Shown: one piece after another, positions 57,395 through 64,000 of the stretch | Numbering within the stretch: the first letter of the stretch is position 1 | Layout: each line of letters starts with the position of its first letter | Origin: Octopus vulgaris | Taxonomy: Eukaryota | Length of the DNA: 64,000 bases | Assembly: GCA_951406725.2 (NCBI GenBank) | Contig: OX597828.1 | Span: forward strand, 31,558,001-31,622,000 | Direction: 5' to 3' | Translations under genes and position numbers: made by a program | The notes under the pieces: model-generated | The model's database searches: none | Told to the model about the DNA's origin: nothing | Seen by the model: only the letters and a program-made list of their open reading frames with translations

Positions 57395-57655
57395 TTATGT
57401 TCTATAGTCAGGAATGTGCCCCTTGAGACTTACTGGTGCCTAGCAAATATGTTGGCAAAGGGAACAAGTTGATCAAGTGCTTGTGAGTCATCGACCACGT
57501 GTTTTCTGGAATGGACGGCAAAGCCTGCTTTGCTTCGTACCTGAAAACCACAATGACAGGTAAGATTTCCGTTTAGAGGAAGAGTATTTCGCCAAATTGC
57601 CTTCATGTTGGTCCCGATTTTGGAGTCGACATTGCTCAAATCATTCAACTGAGGA
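57395..57655 (-). mobile_element. LINE (RTE-like) ORF2 C-terminal remnant with two degenerate C2H2-type fingers
   Basis: Minus strand LTCHCGFQVRSKAGFAVHSRKH, then after a frameshift TCSLCQHIC*APVSLKGHI. Confidence 0.55.
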
Positions 57656-59761
57656 GAGGAAGGAATGGTGCGTATATCTGCATGTATATAAGTGTATAGT
57701 TATACGTATATATGTGCTCGCATATATACAAGTATAAATATAAACATAAACATATATAGACATGTGGATACTCATGAATTTACAGCATAAATTTATGCGA
57801 TACCTCCATGGCCATCATAACTGCAAATGGTTGAAAAATATGTGGCTCTTCGTATACGTTTTTTGTTATACTCTACACAGTTTAAATCTTCCTGATATTT
57901 CATCTCTGTCATATTTCTCTGTTTCCAACTAATTCAGTCATGCGAATTATATGTCACTAACGAATTATATTATGTCACTCCAATATCATACTTTTGCGCT
58001 TCAGTTTTTTCTTATGATTGGTCATTATGATATAAGTTGAAATACGTGATTCAAAACTCTTGTATATCATACATAAAGAATAAATCGAAGTTACGCCAGG
58101 CACTTCACACATTGCTCTCATTAAAATCAAGTACACTTGAAAGTTTCCAATAATCTCGACATAGTTTTGCACTTTATTTTATTATGCTTCAAATGACCAC
58201 TAAAAGATGTCTATAAGCAGTAGAGGATATACATATAAGTAACTTTGCGCCTCATTACATTTGCACCGATCTGCGTAAGAACTCCGCTTAATTGAAGATT
58301 AAAAAAAAAAAAAAAAATTCACTGGAGAGAGGTTTTTTTTTTTTACTATTACTGATAGAACGATTAGTTAGATTTTACAAAATTATATCAAGCGAAATAT
58401 TTCTGTTTGTATAAGAGTTATAGAATTGAATTTAGAATTCGAGATGAAATCGCTTATAGATCTTGCATATGAAGATCAAACTGTTATTTTGTAATTTGGA
58501 ATGCAAACAGCGACTGTAAACCAATCATGCAAATGTGAGTTTCATGTGGTAGGTATGAAGAAGATCAGAACTCGAGAAAATGCTTATGCATAACTCCTGC
58601 TTATGATCGCTATTATAAAAGGCTTCATTATTTCCTAACTATATTTTATACAGATTTACTACTCCTGCAACCTTTTATATATGAAGGTAATATATTTATT
58701 CATATAATTCTACGATATAAATTACAGGCAATAAAACTATAAACTCTAGTAGTTCATATATATTCAGTGACTATAAAAGGTATCACGCTAACATTATAAT
58801 GTGAGGTATTATAAAAGGAATCAATGAAGAAGGAATATTTGTGTATTCTTCCCTATTACATACTTAAAGGCTCTTAGGAATTCAAAGGGTTTTAGATTCT
58901 TAGGTCAACCATTTCATTTTCCTGTACATTTTCACGCACAAATCTAACGCTCTCAGGTTGACATTCAATAAATTGCTTTTCGTTTCTGACCATAAATTAA
59001 AGACATTCCGTAAAGGAAAGTCACACGAAATAAAAGTAGAAAAATCTGCTGCGGAAAGAAAAGATTCTTATAGAGTAAATATATTATACATAAAACTGGG
59101 TGTATTAAAAAAGAAAACTTCCTTGATAGAAATCTTTAGTGTATGCCTTCCTACATGGACAATACTATAGCATATAAAATTTCCTTTCATGTTTGTCCAT
59201 TAAACTGTTTCAATGTTTATTACAAATAAAATCAAACTTCTTTGCGAATTATTCAGTGTGCACTTAACTATTCTCATTAATAAACACGATAAACTTTGAA
59301 GCTTCATTATTTAATTAACTTACATCAAACGTTACTTCAAACAAATATTTCAATTATCAATATTTTATATTCACTCCTGTTAGGTATCAGCCCATTTGGC
59401 AATTAAAAAATACATTCACTTCATTAAATTTAAATGGCTCCTGTCACACCAAAAAATTTCATTTTCGGCTATATATTATACCGCTTATTTTTTGCATTAC
59501 TCATCACTCATTTATATTATTCTCTTAAGCTTTATAAGAATAAAGCTTGAAGTACGACACTTTTATGGTGAATGATCTTATAAATATTGTTATACGGAAC
59601 TTCGAAACCAAGTCTTGGAATGCTTTTATAGAACAATTGCATCTCTGTTCCCTAAAAAGAAGAGTATGTATGCATGTGGTGCGTAGAAGCGAGAGAAAGT
59701 GTGCGCGTGCGCGTCTATGATTCTGTGTGTAATTATGTAAACATGTTTGTGTGTAAATCCC

Positions 59762-59854
<93 letters not shown>

Positions 59855-59868
59855 ATACATATATATAG

Positions 59869-59909
<41 letters not shown>

Positions 59910-60405
59910 TTGAGGAAAATGAGGCAGGCAGAGTTTCGTATAATTCATTAGCAACGCGTTTGTTCGTTTATGGAACTCTTTAAGACAAAATCACTATGAT
60001 AAAAGCAGAATGTTTCCTTGTTCATTTATATGAATCGGATGTTTTGGCTTCGCTTAGAAGAATATGGGATTTGACTATACATGTGTAAAGGAATATACAT
60101 TCACTGATGACCGCCTTCTCCTCTCTTTTCGTATCTTTCCCATCCTTCTTGACATCTTGTTAATGTCACCAAGCCCTTCTGAGAGAATGTGTTTATTTAG
60201 AAATATGTTGACGTGTATACGATAAGAAGGAAAAGAAAAGGAAAATCAAATTCAAAATACACTTCTCTCTTTATTTATCTAACTATCGAGCTAGCTAGCT
60301 TTCTTTCTCCATCCTTTACTATACCTTTCTTCCTCTTTCCTGACTCTCCTAAAATCTTCCCCTCTATCTATTGCTCCCTCTTTTTGTTTTCTTTCCCTTC
60401 CCACC

Positions 60406-60458
<53 letters not shown>

Positions 60459-60461
<3 letters not shown>

Positions 60462-60752
60462 AAATATTGTATATTGAGAAAAGGATGCAATCGGAATTTT
60501 GAATAATTTTTTTAGCGCTTTCGATCGTATACTGAACTCATCAAGAGAAAAAAAAAATATATATATATATAGTTCTCCTCTTCTAAACAAAGCAAAGCAC
60601 ATCTGATTAATATAAATGGAAAACGAAACGTTCTGTTTTTATCATTTTATCATCTTGATTTTCTCTTGATGAGTTCAGTATACGATCGAAAGCGCTAAAA
60701 AAATTATTCAAAATTCCGATTGCATCCTTTTTCTCAATATACAATATTTCCA
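60459..60752. repeat. Near-perfect ~93-bp inverted repeat (arms 60459-60551 and 60659-60752, ~107-bp spacer)
   Basis: Arms match base for base except one extra T in a T-run. The left arm abuts a (TA)n tract. Confidence 0.95.
60661..60702 (+). ncRNA. Degenerate minimal hammerhead-like motif (family H3) within the inverted repeat; mirror copy on - strand at ~60509-60549
   Basis: TTGATGA-GTTC(agtatac)GATC-GAAA-GCGC-TA. C3U change, one T-T mismatch in stem II, palindromic AGCGCT stem III, poor stem I. Confidence 0.5.
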
Positions 60753-60860
60753 CGTTGCTTCAAATAGTCTATACATACATACATACATACATACATACAT
60801 ACCATCATATGTGTGTGTGTGTGTGTATGTGTGTCTGTGTGTGTGTGTGTGTGAGTGTAT

Positions 60861-60999
60861 AAAGCTTACTTTTCAACCAGATGATTGTGGGTTCCGTCCC
60901 ACTGCGTGGCACCTTGGCCAAGCGTTTTCTAAAATAGCCTCAGGCTAACCAAAGCCTTGTGACTGAATTTGTTAGATGGAAACTGAAAAAAGCCCGTCG

Positions 61000-61051
<52 letters not shown>

Positions 61052-61499
61052 GATCTATCTATCTATTTATCTATCTATCTGTACCTCTCTCTCTCTCTCT
61101 CTATGGATGGATGGATGGATGGAAGCACTCCGTCGGTTACGACGACCAGGGTTCCGGTTGATCCGAATCAACGGAACAGCCTGCTCGTGAAATTAACGTG
61201 TAAGTGGCTGAGCACTCCACAGACACGTGTACCCTTAACGTAGTTCTCGGGGATATTCAGCGTGACACAGAGAGTGACAAGGCCGGCCCTTTTGAAATAC
61301 AGGTACAACAGAAACAGGAAGTAAGAGTGAGAGAAAGTTGTGGTGAAAGAGTACAGCAGGGATCACCACCATCCCCTGCCGGAGCCTCGTGGAGCTTTAG
61401 GTGTTTTCGCTCAATAAACACTCACAACGCCCGGTCTGGGAATCGAAACCGCGATCCTATGACCGCGAGTCCGCTGCCCTAACCACTGGGCCATTGCGC

Positions 61500-61594
<95 letters not shown>

Positions 61595-61817
61595 GTATAT
61601 GTGTGTATTTGTGCGTTTGTGTTTGTCCCCCACAATCGCTTGACTACCGATGTTGGTGTGGTTACGTCCCCGTAACCTAGAGGTTCAACAAACGAGATCG
61701 ATAAAATAAGTACTAGGCTTACAAAGAATAAGACCTGCGGTCGACTTGTTCGACTAAAGAGGTGATCCAGCATGGCCGCAGTCAAATGAGTGAAATATAA
61801 TAAAAGAATAAAAGAAA
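60861..61817 (+). mobile_element. SINE family A split by a nested family C SINE
   Basis: 5' half at 60861-61000 and 3' half at ~61600-61817, separated by microsatellites and the family C copy. Confidence 0.9.
61103..61503 (-). mobile_element. tRNA-derived SINE family C, full length with (CCAT)n tail
   Basis: Minus strand ggaggcgcaatggcccagtggttagggcagcggactcgcggtcataggatcgcggtttcgattccc (A and B boxes). Flanked by (CT)n on both sides. Confidence 0.93.
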
Positions 61818-62035
61818 ATGCATATACATAGAGATATACATACATGCACACACAGACACACACACACACATACATATAGTTCAAATTTACAGACAGCAGA
61901 AGACGACGGAACAACAAGGTGTATTACCTTTACGTAGGGAAGAATTGGAAATAGACGCGATTGAGAGGGAAAAAGAACGTGAGAAAAATATATAGTGTTT
62001 AACGTTCCAACACGCTGAATTGTGTGTGTGTATGT

Positions 62036-62067
<32 letters not shown>

Positions 62068-63522
62068 ATGGTGTGGCATATACCGCAGACGGCACAGTTT
62101 GAGAATATCACTGAAAATATGGAACGTAATATGTGCCTTAGTATAAGGAATCGTTACGGCCATATTTAAACGTAATTGGCCTCATTTTAAAATAGCTTCT
62201 CGATAGATCTTTGCCTTTCATAATGAAAAAAAAAAGATAAACATTTAGTACAAAAATTGCTACGCACTAAATATTTTAGTGAATATGTTATCCTGGAATC
62301 ATCGACTCGTGGTTTTTCTTGTTTTGTTTTTATACTGATGATCACAGAAAGAAATTATAGTGTATATATCCTCAGGGAACTTACTCTGGTTGATGACAGT
62401 CACACAATAACGCAAAAATTCTACTATCTAGAGCAGAAATGCTGTAGCAAACAACAGGTTCAGGTGGCACATTTCATTCTCATTTATGCCTCTACGTGTC
62501 TAGAGATTTGGAAACACGTGCATACACTCCCATATTCATATCAATTTTTGCCAATTATAACAGGCAATTAAGGAAGATTTGTATTAGCGCTGATATCACC
62601 TTGTGAGTTTGTTTCAACATAGGTAGGTAAACTATTAAATCTCATATCTGTTAATCCAAAGTTTCTGAACATATTGAGAATGCTTATTATAAATTGATAT
62701 CTCCCTCTAGAGTGAAAGCAACGAACTGGTATTCGACATTTATAGATTTCATCCAAGAATCATAGTCACTGCATTGCCTAGGAAACGTACATAAAAATAG
62801 CGGAAAGTAATGGCGTTGATATATTACATTCAAAGTTGAGCAGCAGAAATAATTTGAAGATATTTATTTTTGATCCTAACAATTTTACCAAAAACGTCGA
62901 TAAGCTGATATATTTTGAGATTTTTACATTTCTTGATGTTTTAATAACTTTGAAATCCCTTACAATTTTTTTTTAATATTATCGTTTTAATTAATTATTT
63001 TTTCATCCTCTAGACCGCAGATAATAACTTTATACCCAGCATAATAAAATGCAACATCAATTTGTCTGATGGACTGATGAAAATGTATATCAAATTAATT
63101 AATGCTTATGTCATCGCTTTACATACTCTCGTTCCGCTGAGTCCTTGAATGTATTGTATTAATAATACAGGATTTGATTTCAATGGCAATAATAGAATGA
63201 CCCTTATGTATATAATCCTTGATTTATGCTTTGTTCAGCTGTGTACTTCATGTAGACTTAAAGGGGCTTTCTATCAAACGTCTATGAAATGTTCCTATGC
63301 AGGTTAATTTGTTTTAGCATCAAGGATTTGAACCTATAACGTCAGAGATTTATTGTGATTTATTTTCCATGACTGTTCTAATATCCCTTAAGACGTGCTG
63401 CTTTGTCTACTTAAGAGCAGTGATCATTTCATCAATTCAAAAATTTGAACATATATGTACTATAGTTTTTCAGTTACTTGGCAGCATTACCTGTCATCCG
63501 AACGAAAATTGTTACTAATATA

Positions 63523-63756
63523 TATTTCGTTACAACCCACAAGGAGCTAAACTTAGAAGGGACAAACAAGGACAGACAAACGGATTAAGTCGATTATATC
63601 GACCCCAGTGCGAAACTGGTACTTTATTTATCGACCCCGAAAGGATGAAAGGCAAAGTCAACCTCGGCGGAATTTCAACTCACAACGTAACGCAGACGAA
63701 ATACCGCGAAGCATTTCGCCCGGCGCGCTAACGTATCTGCCAGCTCGCCGCCCTTT
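63523..63756 (-). mobile_element. SINE family B (long-tail), young copy with perfect 14-bp TSD ttgttactaatata
   Basis: TSD at 63509-63522 and 63757-63770. Intact head ggcggcgagctggcagatacgttagcgcgccgggcgaaatg. Confidence 0.95.
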
Positions 63757-64000
63757 TTGTTACTAATATAACTATGGTGAACCTTTTCCTAGTATCATCA
63801 TTCAAAATACTCCTTGTTTAAATGCTTCTCACAAACAATCCATTTTCCTTTCGTTGTCCATGTGTAGCAAGGGAATTTGTCTTCAGTTCAATATCTGGTA
63901 ACATTCTTTCCAACAGACTTCATAAATAGTCTTTCTTGGTAGATAGATCTTCAGCTCAGGAGAACATTTTAGGTTTATTAGATATTCATACAACTGACTC

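Noticed and set aside
47281-61503. tRNA-like sequences at SINE heads considered as tRNA genes
   Set aside because: They continue into SINE bodies, lack complete cloverleaf acceptor stems and occur as diverged multicopy repeats.

Overview
AT-rich, extremely microsatellite-dense eukaryotic DNA. From memory, the SINE families look like octopod cephalopod (Octopus) repeats; this was not database-checked. Almost every ORF in the supplied track is a (TA)n/(CA)n/(GATA)n/(TAT)n artefact. One convincing protein-coding exon is visible: + strand 19970-20208, with ATG at 20095, encoding a 38-aa signal-peptide-type N-terminus. No convincing second exon follows, so the downstream ~44 kb is probably one giant intron. 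The rest comprises at least four tRNA-derived SINE families (several with clear target-site duplications), an internally deleted mariner (4711-5401), a near full-length decayed Tc1/mariner of probable maT/DD37D type (52868-54069), and LINE 3' remnants. The most notable signal is a set of short non-coding elements sitting in or beside (TA)n tracts that carry minimal type I hammerhead-ribozyme motifs from three apparently unrelated sequence families. These are 26716-26757 (-), a tandem pair at 35364-35441 (-) with a relative at 2990-3025 (+), and a motif inside a near-perfect 93-bp inverted repeat at 60459-60752. They resemble Penelope pLTR / retrozyme-type elements.
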